Of a stretch of 64,000 bases of DNA, positions 18,501 to 28,361 are shown one piece after another. Under the pieces are notes generated by a model, which saw only the letters and a list, made by a program, of their open reading frames with translations, was not told the DNA's origin and made no database searches. Position 1 is the stretch's first letter. Every line of letters starts with the position of its first letter. Source of the DNA: Thermoanaerobaculia bacterium (GTDB taxonomy: Bacteria > Acidobacteriota > Thermoanaerobaculia > Multivoradales > JAHZIX01); the NCBI GenBank assembly GCA_027069135.1, contig JALXFE010000492.1, positions 1,542 to 65,541 on the forward strand. Direction: 5' to 3'. A program made the position numbers and the translations under genes.

Positions 18501-21500
18501 ACGCTGGCGCTCAGCGGGTCGAGGGCCAGAGCCGGCCCACCGATGGCGTCTGCCACTCCCGTCGCCACCGCCAGCAGGAACCCGGCGGTGGGAGGTGGCC
18601 CGCCGGTAGAGAGGCCGGCTCCGGAAGCGCTGAGCGCAGCGCCGGCGGTGGTGAAGATATTGAGGGTTCCAAAGCTGAGGTTTCCCAGGACGCGATTCGC
18701 CGGAGTCCCCAGGACCACGCCGCCGGTGCCGACCCTATTCGACACGATGCCGACATCGAGGTTGCCGCCGGCCACCAGATCGAAATCCGCATCCGCCGGG
18801 TCGCTGTCGAAAATCGCCCCGAGAATCCGCACGCCTTCGCCCGCGGAGCTGCCGAGCACCGCGTTGCCCGAAAAGCTGGTAACGAAGAAGGTGCCGGTTC
18901 CGCTGGTGTCTTCCATGAAGACCGCCGAGCCCCCGCCGTTGCCGGAGGTGATGCCGGCCACACCATCGAAGGCGACTTCCAGGTTCCCGGCTCCGGTCGT
19001 GCGGGCGTCGAAGCCGTTGCCCGTGGCGACGAGGCTCGACAGGGCGTTGACCGTCACCGTCGCCAACCCGGAGCTGGCGTGGTTGACGTCGATCCCTTCG
19101 CCGCTGGCGCCGCTGACTCGGCTGTTCTCAAACAGGACCCCGACGTCGTTGGCGCCGGAGGAGGTCACATCCAGACCGTTGCCGCCGGTGGCGGAAAGAT
19201 CCACGCCACGGATCTCGATGCCGGTGACGTTGCCGCCGGTGGCGTCCACGCTGATGGCGTTGCCGGCGGTGTGCCCGAGGCGGGCGTGGCTGTTGGCGGT
19301 CGGTGCCAACAAGACCTCCGGCGCCGGCTGGCCGTTGAGGCTTTGATTCACCTGGCATCCCTGGTGCTCACCGTGGAGCGTCACGTTGCTCGCCGCCAGA
19401 GTGATGCCGGCATTCATGCCGGCGGTGGTGCCGTCGCCGCGATAGACGCAGATCAGGTCGCCGGCCCCGTGGGCCGTTCCAGCGGCGGCCAGGGTGTCGA
19501 AGGGATCGTCGGAACGGCCGAAATTCGGCCCGTCCAAAGGATTGAGCGGCTCGCCCGCCGGATCGTTGTGGACGTACCACACCCGGAAGTTGATGACGGT
19601 GATATTTACGGTGCCGATGGCGCCGACCCCGTCGGCATCCTCGACGCCGTAGGTGAAGGAATCCGCCACATTGGACATCCCCCTCGGCGGCAGGTAGGTG
19701 AAGCGGCCGGAAGCGTCCATGGATACGGCCCCGCCGAGGGTCGAGGGCCCATCGAAGGTGGGCCCCGTGGCGTCCGCACCGACACTGACCACGGTGACCG
19801 CAGTACCTTCGGGATCGCTGTCGTTGTCGAGAACCGACGCCCCCGCCAGAGCCACCGTCGCGAGGCTCACCGCCGCCGGACCGCCGGTGCCGACCACCAA
19901 CTCCGTGTTGCCCACGGTGTCGTAGGCATCAATCCCGGCGGTGGGAGGAGCATTGACCGCCGTCACCGTCACTGTCTGCGCCAAAGTGTTGCTATTCGCG
20001 GCACCGTCGTTAGCGACACAGTTCAGCGTCCGGTTGGTCTCGTCCGGGTCCATACTGGAATTGTCGTAGGTGACACTGCGCAAGACCGCCTGGAAGTCCG
20101 CCACCGGAGCGCCCCCGACCGGGGCGATGGTCAAGGTCGGTGCCGCGAAGCTGATCTCCCCGGCGCCGATGGCGCCCGAGGGGCTCGCCGCCAGGACCTC
20201 CATGCCGACATCCAGCAGGTTGGTGATGGTCACCGTAGCCGAGGCCAGATTGGCGTTATCGACATCCGTTACGGTCACCCCGGGATCGACGACCACCGGG
20301 CCCATGCCCTCGATGAAAGCCGCCGGCCCACCACCCCCGGCGGTCTTCACCGGAGGATCGTTGACGGCGTTGACGGTGATCGCCGCCGTCTCTGTCGCCG
20401 TGCTGAAGGCCGTCACCCCGCCGTTGGTGGTCGCGTCCACCGCGGGGGTACCGCTCGACTCGCCGGAGGTCGTATCCCAAGCCCTAAAGGTGATGCCGGG
20501 ATCGACGAGACCGTTGAAATTGGCCGCCGGTACGAATCGGACGCGATCCATGGCCGTGGCCGAGAGCACCGTGGCGTTGGCGTCGCTCAAGGCTCCGAAG
20601 GCTGTCCAGGTCCCCCCACCGTCGGTGGAGAATTCCCAGACGCCGTTGGTGTTGTCCCGACCGGTCACCGCAAGGCCCTCGACGGCACCACCGTCCACAT
20701 CCGTGATGCGGTCCCCACCGGCGCTGGCGATGATGGCCGAGACCTGGTCTCCAGCCGGATTCGCGGTGTCCTCATCGATGGCTGTCAAAACCATCGCACC
20801 CAGGTTGTCGAGGACCGGGGCGTCGTTCTCCGCCGCCACGGTCACCGTCTGGGCCAGGGTGTTGCTGTCGTCGGTGCCGTCGTTGGCCACACAATTGAGC
20901 GTCCGATCCGTCTCATCCGGAGACTGACTGGTGTTGTCGTAAGTCACAGAGCGCAGCACCGCCTGGAAATCCGCCACCGGTGCGCCACCGACGGGAGCGA
21001 TGGTCAAAGTAGGTGCCGCGTAGTTGATATCCCCGGCACCGATCGCCCCGGACGCCGTCGCTGCCAAGGTCTCGAGACCTGCGTCCAGCAAATTGGAAAT
21101 GGTCACCGTCGCCGAGGCCAGGTTGGCGTTGTCGAGGTCCGTCACGGTCAACCCGGGATCCACCGCCACGGCGCCGCCATCCTCCGTGAAGGCCGCCGGT
21201 CCGCCCCCCCCGGCGGTCTTGACCGGAGGATCGTTGACGGCGTTGACGGTGATCGCTGCCGTCTCGATGGCCGTGCTGAAAGCCGTGATGCCGCCGTTGG
21301 TAGTGGTGTCCACCCCGGCGGCGCCGCTCAACTCTCCGGAGGTCGTATCCCAGGCACGAAAAGAGATGCCGGGATCCACGGTGCCATTGAAATTCGCGGC
21401 GGGTACGAAACGGATACGATCCGCCGCCGTGGCGGACAATACGGTAGCGCTGGCGCTGCTCAGGGCACCGAAGGGAGTCCAGACTCCCCCACCGTTGGTA

Positions 21501-22828
21501 GAGAATTCCCAGGTTCCGTCGGTGTTGTCCCGAGCTATCACGGCCAGACCCTCGACCGACCCGGCGTCGATATCCGTAATGCGGTCGCCACCGGCACTGG
21601 CGATGAGACCGGACACCAGATCGCCCATGGGATTCACGGCGTCCTCGTCGATGGCGGTGAAGACCATCGTGCCGGTGTTGTCCAGGACCGGTGCGTCGTT
21701 GACGGGTGCGACGGTCATGATCACCATCGCCATGTCCGTCAAGCCACCACCGGATTCCTCTACGGTGTAGCCAAAAGAGTCGGGACCGGCGAAATCCGCT
21801 GGCGGCGTGTAGAGAATCTGGTTGTTCGGGGCGGCGAGGGGATCGATGATCGCCGTGCCTCCAGCCACTGTCGGGCTGTCGACCTGGATGATGGTCAGCG
21901 TATCCCCCGGATCCGGATCCATATCGTTGGCCAGAACATCGATCATGGCACTCACCGAATCCTCGTCTACGGTAACGATATCGTCCATGGCGACGAGGGG
22001 TGAATTCTCCAGATCCACGATATCGAGGCGCATGCATAGATCCGCACCGTTGGCCGATGCGAAAGCGGCCACGATCTCCGCCGCGGCGTCGACAGGGAGG
22101 GAGTCCGGCACCAGGTCCATGGCGATGGGAGCGGAGCCCATCCATTCGCCGATCATGCCGTCCGGCACCGCGGCGTAGAGCAGGCCGGCGGTAAAGACGA
22201 GAAAGATCAGCGTCAGGACCAGGGTCGAGCGGCGACGGCGCAGGATCACCACAGCCGCGCCCGCGAGCACGAGAACCAAGAGCACAAATCCCACAGCGGA
22301 GAGGGTAGGAATCTCGACGATCGTCGCCACGGTGAGGAGGATCGGTGGTTCGGCGGAGCTACCCCCGGTCGTGATGAGGGCATCTTCTGAGCCGGCATTC
22401 GAGAGGGAACGGAAGGCCAGGCGAACCTCGTCCGCCGTGAGAAAGTCCAAGGGTAGGAACCCCTCGATGACGTCGCTGCCGAGCTCCCCGTTGTTCAAAC
22501 CCACCGGCCAGGGTGTCCCCGGTAAAGCGTCGGTGAACTCGAAATTCCCGCTGACCCCGTTGCACAAAGAAGATTCCGCGGCGACCACCATCGGCGGCGT
22601 GAGGCTCGAATCCACGGTCAGGGTCAGGAGGACCTCGTAGCCGGGATCGGCAACCCCCGGCAGACCGGCATCCGTGACCACGAAATCGCAGCCCGTGGCC
22701 GTCGAGTTGTCGGCGTCGAGCGCCATCTCGAAAAAATGAAGAACTTGAGCGTTGGCCGCCGGGCCTTGGGCGGCTAAAGCCAGCAAGCTAAGAAGCAGGA
22801 CACCGACGATGTTCTTCCAAGTGCACAT
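15509..22828 (-). CDS. Giant (~2440 aa) secreted/surface protein: N-terminal module, TM hairpin, tandem Ig/cadherin-like 'VNDAPV' repeat domains, long right-handed parallel beta-helix (PbH1-like) region
   Basis: Probable start at MCTWKNIVGVLLLSLLALAAQGPAANA (signal peptide). The six-frame ORF extends upstream to 23059 from a TTG. Two ~300-aa tandem repeats contain VNAVNDPPV / NDAPVLDN motifs. The C-terminal two-thirds are rich in G/T/N/S beta-helix-type repeats (e.g. NGIRSSTANRLVDITARAGGTVSFSGAATLQG). Confidence 0.85.
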   Translation of the reverse strand: MCTWKNIVGVLLLSLLALAAQGPAANAQVLHFFEMALDADNSTATGCDFVVTDAGLPGVADPGYEVLLTLTVDSSLTPPMVVAAESSLCNGVSGNFEFTDALPGTPWPVGLNNGELGSDVIEGFLPLDFLTADEVRLAFRSLSNAGSEDALITTGGSSAEPPILLTVATIVEIPTLSAVGFVLLVLVLAGAAVVILRRRRSTLVLTLIFLVFTAGLLYAAVPDGMIGEWMGSAPIAMDLVPDSLPVDAAAEIVAAFASANGADLCMRLDIVDLENSPLVAMDDIVTVDEDSVSAMIDVLANDMDPDPGDTLTIIQVDSPTVAGGTAIIDPLAAPNNQILYTPPADFAGPDSFGYTVEESGGGLTDMAMVIMTVAPVNDAPVLDNTGTMVFTAIDEDAVNPMGDLVSGLIASAGGDRITDIDAGSVEGLAVIARDNTDGTWEFSTNGGGVWTPFGALSSASATVLSATAADRIRFVPAANFNGTVDPGISFRAWDTTSGELSGAAGVDTTTNGGITAFSTAIETAAITVNAVNDPPVKTAGGGGPAAFTEDGGAVAVDPGLTVTDLDNANLASATVTISNLLDAGLETLAATASGAIGAGDINYAAPTLTIAPVGGAPVADFQAVLRSVTYDNTSQSPDETDRTLNCVANDGTDDSNTLAQTVTVAAENDAPVLDNLGAMVLTAIDEDTANPAGDQVSAIIASAGGDRITDVDGGAVEGLAVTGRDNTNGVWEFSTDGGGTWTAFGALSDANATVLSATAMDRVRFVPAANFNGLVDPGITFRAWDTTSGESSGTPAVDATTNGGVTAFSTATETAAITVNAVNDPPVKTAGGGGPAAFIEGMGPVVVDPGVTVTDVDNANLASATVTITNLLDVGMEVLAASPSGAIGAGEISFAAPTLTIAPVGGAPVADFQAVLRSVTYDNSSMDPDETNRTLNCVANDGAANSNTLAQTVTVTAVNAPPTAGIDAYDTVGNTELVVGTGGPAAVSLATVALAGASVLDNDSDPEGTAVTVVSVGADATGPTFDGPSTLGGAVSMDASGRFTYLPPRGMSNVADSFTYGVEDADGVGAIGTVNITVINFRVWYVHNDPAGEPLNPLDGPNFGRSDDPFDTLAAAGTAHGAGDLICVYRGDGTTAGMNAGITLAASNVTLHGEHQGCQVNQSLNGQPAPEVLLAPTANSHARLGHTAGNAISVDATGGNVTGIEIRGVDLSATGGNGLDVTSSGANDVGVLFENSRVSGASGEGIDVNHASSGLATVTVNALSSLVATGNGFDARTTGAGNLEVAFDGVAGITSGNGGGSAVFMEDTSGTGTFFVTSFSGNAVLGSSAGEGVRILGAIFDSDPADADFDLVAGGNLDVGIVSNRVGTGGVVLGTPANRVLGNLSFGTLNIFTTAGAALSASGAGLSTGGPPPTAGFLLAVATGVADAIGGPALALDPLSASVQLATVSSVNSPTSGVSLVDVAGTVTLAAGGLTNSTAATFSVTGGTVSSTYSGSITQANNAPAVSVSGGHSAGTVVFEVGTISATAGTGLQFDNADGNYDFNGTTTLSGGDAGVDIVNDSSGTFDFVTNATITNPTGTGFNINNSSPTLDYNGTITDNTGLAVDIVTLGAGGSVRFDGQVTASGGGLRMAGAASTVLFANADLTSSATIDIDNNTAVITFSDLSLDQTAGTVNAFDVAGGNANIATTLTGNGIRSSTANRLVDITARAGGTVSFSGAATLQGTGVSTGINISGATVANTVTFAGAVDLGTSAANRITGGGVNMSGNVANTSVSFNSLDIFANGVTGIAATGSGTLDTTTLAGLVNIDTTGTGAPALDLDGIVSTVTIDGAVCNNNSTCIDLTNLAATSVTRLAGLGLTCSAGTCFNASGAQTVEVTGAGNTVAATGGTGVSMQGGTTLGAANATFESIAVNGMFGANPGIRLADTGAGDFVVTGDGTTTAGGNASGGTIQDITGSDAIILDNTGGLVSFQNMIIEDIADANDAADAVQTRRFRDGIHGENVGGGLRLQSVTMRRFSDHAILGALFSDGTDFTNWNGLELRDSLFENSNRFHVPGRGDDADEGMIRIRGLTGTMVVDNCTVRLGARGLDIYTPAGAGTLDATLQRNIFEDIYKEFASGGTRNVGGRGVSFEARGSHDMVVRIGDPAQLNAALGNTFTNNLTASIAVVGQEGGGFPHTGDIDTVISRNTFTITDHTTAQLPPGNLTFDFPQGGVALVPAGGTYDAIVSFNTFDEVMHAAGGLGQLTLGLNGGAVQAHVHDNTFRLPWDGSVQIRAESTTSAAVLFEDNTYVDGTVGSASDDVGFAAQSPFNPVLVNVRAGGNLDLTMRREIFPQHDIVFTPADRKHSVEVEVQADSAANALDLHMMDNQGPEGYHLKELAGSLELFQGASASMTPATILRDNGNRGGGSVDTTDPPTVAVTGGVTATATAPTLPVIVIP
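19950..21720. repeat. Intragenic tandem duplication (~880 bp x 2, ~90% identical) inside the giant gene
   Basis: Near-identical DNA blocks (e.g. ...gtcaccgtctg[c/g]gcca[a/g]ggtgttgct... cgcctggaa[g/a]tccgccaccgg...) recur with a ~880-bp period. They are mirrored by the similar spurious plus-strand ORFs 20070..20927 and 21024..21770. Confidence 0.7.
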
Positions 22829-23126
22829 AGGGAATCCTTCAATTTGACGGGCCAAAGACAGGGGCTCGCGTGTCGGCCCACGATTTCCGCAAGCAAAGCT
22901 CACTCGAGGCAGTACGGAACTCTCACGATCCGTAGCCTCAAGGCCCTTCCGGAGATCCACCGACTCGGGTATATCCTTCTTCGGCGCCCACCCACACAAT
23001 TCGTTACAGCCTCCCCAGATTAGCATGATAGGAGTAGGGACAGCGGCAGCAAGACGCAAAAAGCCCGCCCCTAAGGAAACTTAGGGAACGAGCTCAAAGC
23101 ACTTGTGACAGGAAAGAGGAAATCGG

Positions 23127-24623
<1,497 letters not shown>

Positions 24624-24876
24624 AGTTCTCCCTCGTTGGGTCGATCAACAATGCTGGGCTCAGCGCCGCGTTGGCCTGCGTTGATGCAAGCTCCGGGCCG
24701 CCTCTTGGACAATAAAATCGTGTTGCATGGTACCCCGAAACCCGACTCCCGCCAAAGAGTGCCGTCCAGCTCCAGCCTCGGACACCGTTCTCTGTGCTAC
24801 GATTTTGGCCCTTTGTCTGGACCCAGAGGGAATTGTTGATAAGCCCGACTCAAACCCTGCCCCCCGAGCGGACCGG

Positions 24877-25896
24877 ATGGCCAACGTTAAACGTCTGAAG
24901 AAAAAGGTTCTCCGCCAAGCGGTTCAGGATAACCTCGACAGCCTTGCGGGCGCTCCACGGCGGCCTGCTCGCAGATCTCGCAGACTCGTCGTGCTTCGCT
25001 ACTCCCTGCTCATCGCCTTTCCCCTGGTCGCCTTGGGCACTTCCACCTACGTCCTCTCCACCGCCTCCGCACCTCAAGAAAAGCCGGTCATCGTGACCCA
25101 GATCGTCGAGGCTGCCTCGGAGGCCAGCACGGACATCCCCATCTTGCATCGCCCGGCCCCGGAACGGATCGAACCCGCAGTACTGAGCCTCGGTATTCGC
25201 AAGATCGTCCTGGATCCTGGACATGGTGGCCTGAACCTGGGGACGGTGGCTCCCGGAGGCCTGCAGGAAAAAGATCTCACTCTGGACGTCAGCCAACGCC
25301 TGGGGAGGCTCCTCGAGCGGGCCTCCTTCGAAGTGCTCTACACCCGTGACGATGACAGCAGAGTCGGCCTCGAAGAGCGCACCGAATTCGCCAAGAAAAA
25401 TCGGGCGGACATCTTCGTTTCCATCCACGTCAACTGGATCGAGGCCCACGAGGTCCGTGGCGTCGAAACTTTCTACCTGGGGCCCACCGACGACCCCTAC
25501 ATCAAGAACATAGCCGCTGCCGAGAATCGCGGCTCCGGATACTCTCTGGCAGATTTCCGCAGCCTCCTCGACGGGCTCTACAACGATGTCCGCCAAGATG
25601 AATCCCGGCGCCTCGCCGAGGCCATTCAAGGCAAGCTCTTCGATTCCCTACGTACCGTGACCCCGACGCTGCGAAATCGCGGTGTGAAGTCCGCTCCCTT
25701 TGTCGTCTTGGTATCGTCGGATATGCCGGCGGTGCTCGTCGAAGTCGCCTGTCTTTCCAACCGAGAAGAGGCTCGGCTTCTGGCCAAGCCCTATTACCGT
25801 CAATTCATCGCCCAGTCGCTCTTCGAGGGGATTCGCCGCTACGCCGACTCCCTGGCCCCCGACGAAGGTGCCCCTGGTCGCGAGGAGACCCCATGA
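24877..25896 (+). CDS. Membrane-anchored N-acetylmuramoyl-L-alanine amidase (Amidase_3 family)
   Basis: Start inferred at MANVKRLKK. N-terminal TM anchor LLIAFPLVALGTSTYVL. Amidase_3 signature VLDPGHGGLNLGT ... ADIFVSIHVNW ... GVETFYL. Confidence 0.8.
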   Translation: MANVKRLKKKVLRQAVQDNLDSLAGAPRRPARRSRRLVVLRYSLLIAFPLVALGTSTYVLSTASAPQEKPVIVTQIVEAASEASTDIPILHRPAPERIEPAVLSLGIRKIVLDPGHGGLNLGTVAPGGLQEKDLTLDVSQRLGRLLERASFEVLYTRDDDSRVGLEERTEFAKKNRADIFVSIHVNWIEAHEVRGVETFYLGPTDDPYIKNIAAAENRGSGYSLADFRSLLDGLYNDVRQDESRRLAEAIQGKLFDSLRTVTPTLRNRGVKSAPFVVLVSSDMPAVLVEVACLSNREEARLLAKPYYRQFIAQSLFEGIRRYADSLAPDEGAPGREETP

Positions 25897-26924
25897 GCCC
25901 CAAGCAAGAAGTCCTCAACGTCGGCATCGATCTCGGGACCTCCCGTTCCTCCATTTCAGCCTCCAACGGTCAGAAGCATCTGGTCGAGAGCTTTGTCGGC
26001 TGGCCACTGGATATGGTCGCCCGCAAGGTCCTCAAGAAAGATGTCCTGATCGGCAAGGAAGCTCTCGAGAACCGTCCCATGCTGGACCTTCACCGCCCCT
26101 TGGAACGGGGCCTGATCAAGGAAGGCTCGGACCGGGACGACGAGGCGGTGCGGGAGTTGCTGAAGCATCTCCTGGTCTTGGCCGGTGCGGGCCCGGAGGA
26201 GCGAGGCGATCTCAAGATTCGAGCTGTGGTAGGAGTTCCCGCCGAAGCGCTACGGGCCAACAAGAAAGTTCTGCGCAACGCCCTCAAGGGATTGGTGGAC
26301 AACACCATCATCGTCTCCGAGCCCTTCGCCGTCGCCTATGGCCTGGAGGAGCTCCTCCACGCCATGGTCATCGACAGCGGCGCCGGAACGACGGATTTCT
26401 GCGTCATGAACGGCCGCTATCCCACGGACGAGGACCAACGGACCCTGACCCAAGCCGGGGACTCCGTCGACGAACAACTCGCCACCATGGTCGGTGAGAA
26501 ATATCCGGACGCCAAATTCACCGTCCATATGGTGCGGGATTGGAAGGAGCAATACAGTTTCGTCGGCTCTCCCAAGAAAGCCGTGAAGGTCACGGTTCCT
26601 GTCGAAGGCAAGCCGACGGTTCTCGACATCACCGCCGAGATGCGCGCCGCCTGCGAAAGCCTGCTCGCCCCGATCTCGGAGACCATGCTCGATCTCATCA
26701 GCCGCGTAGAACCGGAGTACCAAGAGCGGGTCCGCCAGAACATCATCCTGTCCGGCGGCACGTCGCTGATCGCGAACCTTGGAACCACGCTGCAAAAGGA
26801 ATTGGATCAGGTCGGCGGCGGGCGGGTGCGGGTCGTCAAGGATCCCGTCTATGTGGGCGCCGACGGAGGATTGTCGCTGGCCACCGACGCACCGGAGTCG
26901 GATTGGGAAAAGCTGCCTGCCTAG
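25893..26924 (+). CDS. MamK-family bacterial actin (actin/MreB/Hsp70 ATPase fold)
   Basis: 343 aa. Phosphate-1 motif VGIDLGTSRS. Connect-1 VVGVPAEALRANKK. VSEPFAVAYGL. Phosphate-2 VIDSGAGTTDFCV. Adenosine motif IILSGGTSLI. Blocks (GRYPTDEDQRTLTQAGDSVDEQL, KEQYSFVGSP, EPEYQERVRQNI, VKDPVYVGADGGLSLA) align along the full length with magnetosome MamK as recalled. Start overlaps the amidase stop (ATGA). Confidence 0.8.
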   Translation: MSPKQEVLNVGIDLGTSRSSISASNGQKHLVESFVGWPLDMVARKVLKKDVLIGKEALENRPMLDLHRPLERGLIKEGSDRDDEAVRELLKHLLVLAGAGPEERGDLKIRAVVGVPAEALRANKKVLRNALKGLVDNTIIVSEPFAVAYGLEELLHAMVIDSGAGTTDFCVMNGRYPTDEDQRTLTQAGDSVDEQLATMVGEKYPDAKFTVHMVRDWKEQYSFVGSPKKAVKVTVPVEGKPTVLDITAEMRAACESLLAPISETMLDLISRVEPEYQERVRQNIILSGGTSLIANLGTTLQKELDQVGGGRVRVVKDPVYVGADGGLSLATDAPESDWEKLPA

Positions 26925-26926
26925 GG

Positions 26927-26956
26927 TGTTCCGGATGCACTAGGGTGCTCCGGAAA
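26927..26956. terminator. Putative hairpin terminator after the MamK-like gene
   Basis: Inverted repeat GTTCCGGA-(13 nt)-TCCGGAAC immediately 3' of the stop codon and adjacent to the convergent tRNA. Confidence 0.35.
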
Positions 26957-26977
26957 CGAACGGGGGGGAGCAGAAAT

Positions 26978-27054
26978 TGGTCGGGGCGAGAGGACTTGAA
27001 CCTCCGGCCTCACGCTCCCGAAGCGTGCGCTCTACCAGGCTGAGCTACGCCCCG
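26978..27054 (-). tRNA. tRNA-Pro (anticodon CGG)
   Basis: Minus-strand sequence CGGGGCGTAGCTCAGCCTGGTAGAGCGCACGCTTCGGGAGCGTGAGGCCGGAGGTTCAAGTCCTCTCGCCCCGACCA folds as a cloverleaf. 7-bp acceptor stem CGGGGCG/CGCCCCG. D-arm GCTC/GAGC. Anticodon stem CACGC/GCGTG with loop TTCGGGA. T-arm GGAGG-TTCAAGT-CCTCT. Encoded CCA. Confidence 0.9.
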
Positions 27055-27118
27055 ACACAAGAAGCGAGAGGATACTGCTTCGTAGGATTGGGGTCAAGAC
27101 TTCAATCCCTCGATGGCT

Positions 27119-28339
27119 CTATCTCAAAGGGAGTCCCACCGGTAGGAGCTGGACCTCCGGATCTGCGAACTTCGGGTTGGTCAGGAACTTCCGGTCCGTG
27201 AGGCTCCTCAGGAATTCCAGGAGATCTTGCCGCTCTTCCTCGGAGATCTCGAATCCACGGATCAGCTCGCTCTTGTGGCGGTTGGCGGAGCCGACGCCGG
27301 CGTTGGGACCATTGGGCAGGGTCCGGCCACCGGCGGCGTAGTGGTCCAGGACGTCTTCCAAGGTGGCGAGGCTGCCGTCGTGCATGTAGGGGGCGGTGAC
27401 CTCGATGTTGCGCAGGGTCGGTGCCTTGAAGCGTCCGAGGTCTCGCGGTTTCCCAGTCTTGCGGTAGAGGCCCTGGTCCGTGCTCGGATAGAACCCCTTG
27501 CCCATCAAGTTGTAGAGACCGGTGTTGTGGAAAGTGCCCTCCGGGGCGGCTTTGGTGTAGGTCCGTACCGGTCCGGAAAAGTTGAAGCCGCTGTGGCAGG
27601 CGGCGCAGGCGAGGCGCTCTGAAAAGAATAGGGTCATGCCCCGCTGGGCCGCCTCGGAGAGGGCGTCGGCATCGTTCCGGAGGACCCGCCGGTCGTAGGG
27701 CGAATCGCCGGAGAGGAGGGTCCGCTCGAAGGCCGAGATGGCGCGCGCCACGGTCGCGAGACGCACCGGGCTTTCGTCCCCGGGAAAGGCCTTTCGGAAG
27801 CGCTCCAGGCTCTGGGGATCCTGCCGAAAACGGTCCAAGACCTCCTCTTCCCGACCGGCGACCCCCATCTCTACCGGGTGCTCGTTGAGCATGGGGACAA
27901 GGGCCTGAGCCTCCAGGGTGGTCAACTCCGGATTCGCCCAGCCGAAGCTGGTGTTGTAGGCCACGTTGGTCAGCGACATGGTGCTACGGGGATGGAACTG
28001 GCCGGTGCCCCCGATGGCCCGAGCCCGGCCGTCGGTGAACGCGAGCTCCTGGCGATGGCAGAAACCACAGGAGGTGTGCCCCTCTCCGGAGAGTCGTTCG
28101 TCGTAGAAGAGGTGCCGGCCCAATTCCACCAACTCCGCGGAGGCGGCGGGGAACTCGGCGTCGACATCGGATAGATCGACCGGCGGGGGAAACCCCACCG
28201 GCAGATCACCGAAGAGAAAAGGGGCGCGGGCTGGTTCCACAGGCGGGGCGGAGCGGCATGCCGCGAGGGCCAAGGCGAGCCCCAGGGCGACGGTCGACAC
28301 CACCGACGAGGATGCAGCATGGCTGGCGAATAGGCGCAC
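27119..28339 (-). CDS. Di-heme cytochrome c peroxidase (CCP/MauG family)
   Basis: Two CxxCH heme motifs (SCGFCHRQ, CAACHSGFNF). Conserved CCP segment APYMHDGSLATLEDVLDHY. Signal peptide. Start probably GTG (VRLFASHAASS...). Confidence 0.85.
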   Translation of the reverse strand: MRLFASHAASSSVVSTVALGLALALAACRSAPPVEPARAPFLFGDLPVGFPPPVDLSDVDAEFPAASAELVELGRHLFYDERLSGEGHTSCGFCHRQELAFTDGRARAIGGTGQFHPRSTMSLTNVAYNTSFGWANPELTTLEAQALVPMLNEHPVEMGVAGREEEVLDRFRQDPQSLERFRKAFPGDESPVRLATVARAISAFERTLLSGDSPYDRRVLRNDADALSEAAQRGMTLFFSERLACAACHSGFNFSGPVRTYTKAAPEGTFHNTGLYNLMGKGFYPSTDQGLYRKTGKPRDLGRFKAPTLRNIEVTAPYMHDGSLATLEDVLDHYAAGGRTLPNGPNAGVGSANRHKSELIRGFEISEEERQDLLEFLRSLTDRKFLTNPKFADPEVQLLPVGLPLR

Positions 28340-28361
28340 CCTCTTCAACTCCTGGGCCGTT

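Noticed and set aside
16557-22003. Very long plus-strand ORFs (16557..18053, 498 aa; 18230..22003, 1257 aa; 20070..20927; 21024..21770) antisense to the giant minus-strand gene
   Set aside because: Arg/Gly/Pro/Ala-rich low-complexity translations typical of antisense frames in high-GC DNA. They are wholly contained in a gene with strong domain evidence. The two similar ones merely mirror the internal 880-bp duplication.
22165-22310. Calling the internal hydrophobic-RRRR segment a bona fide PEP-CTERM signal
   Set aside because: No P-E-P motif, the segment is internal rather than C-terminal, and no exosortase gene is visible in the window. Kept only as 'sorting-signal-like'.
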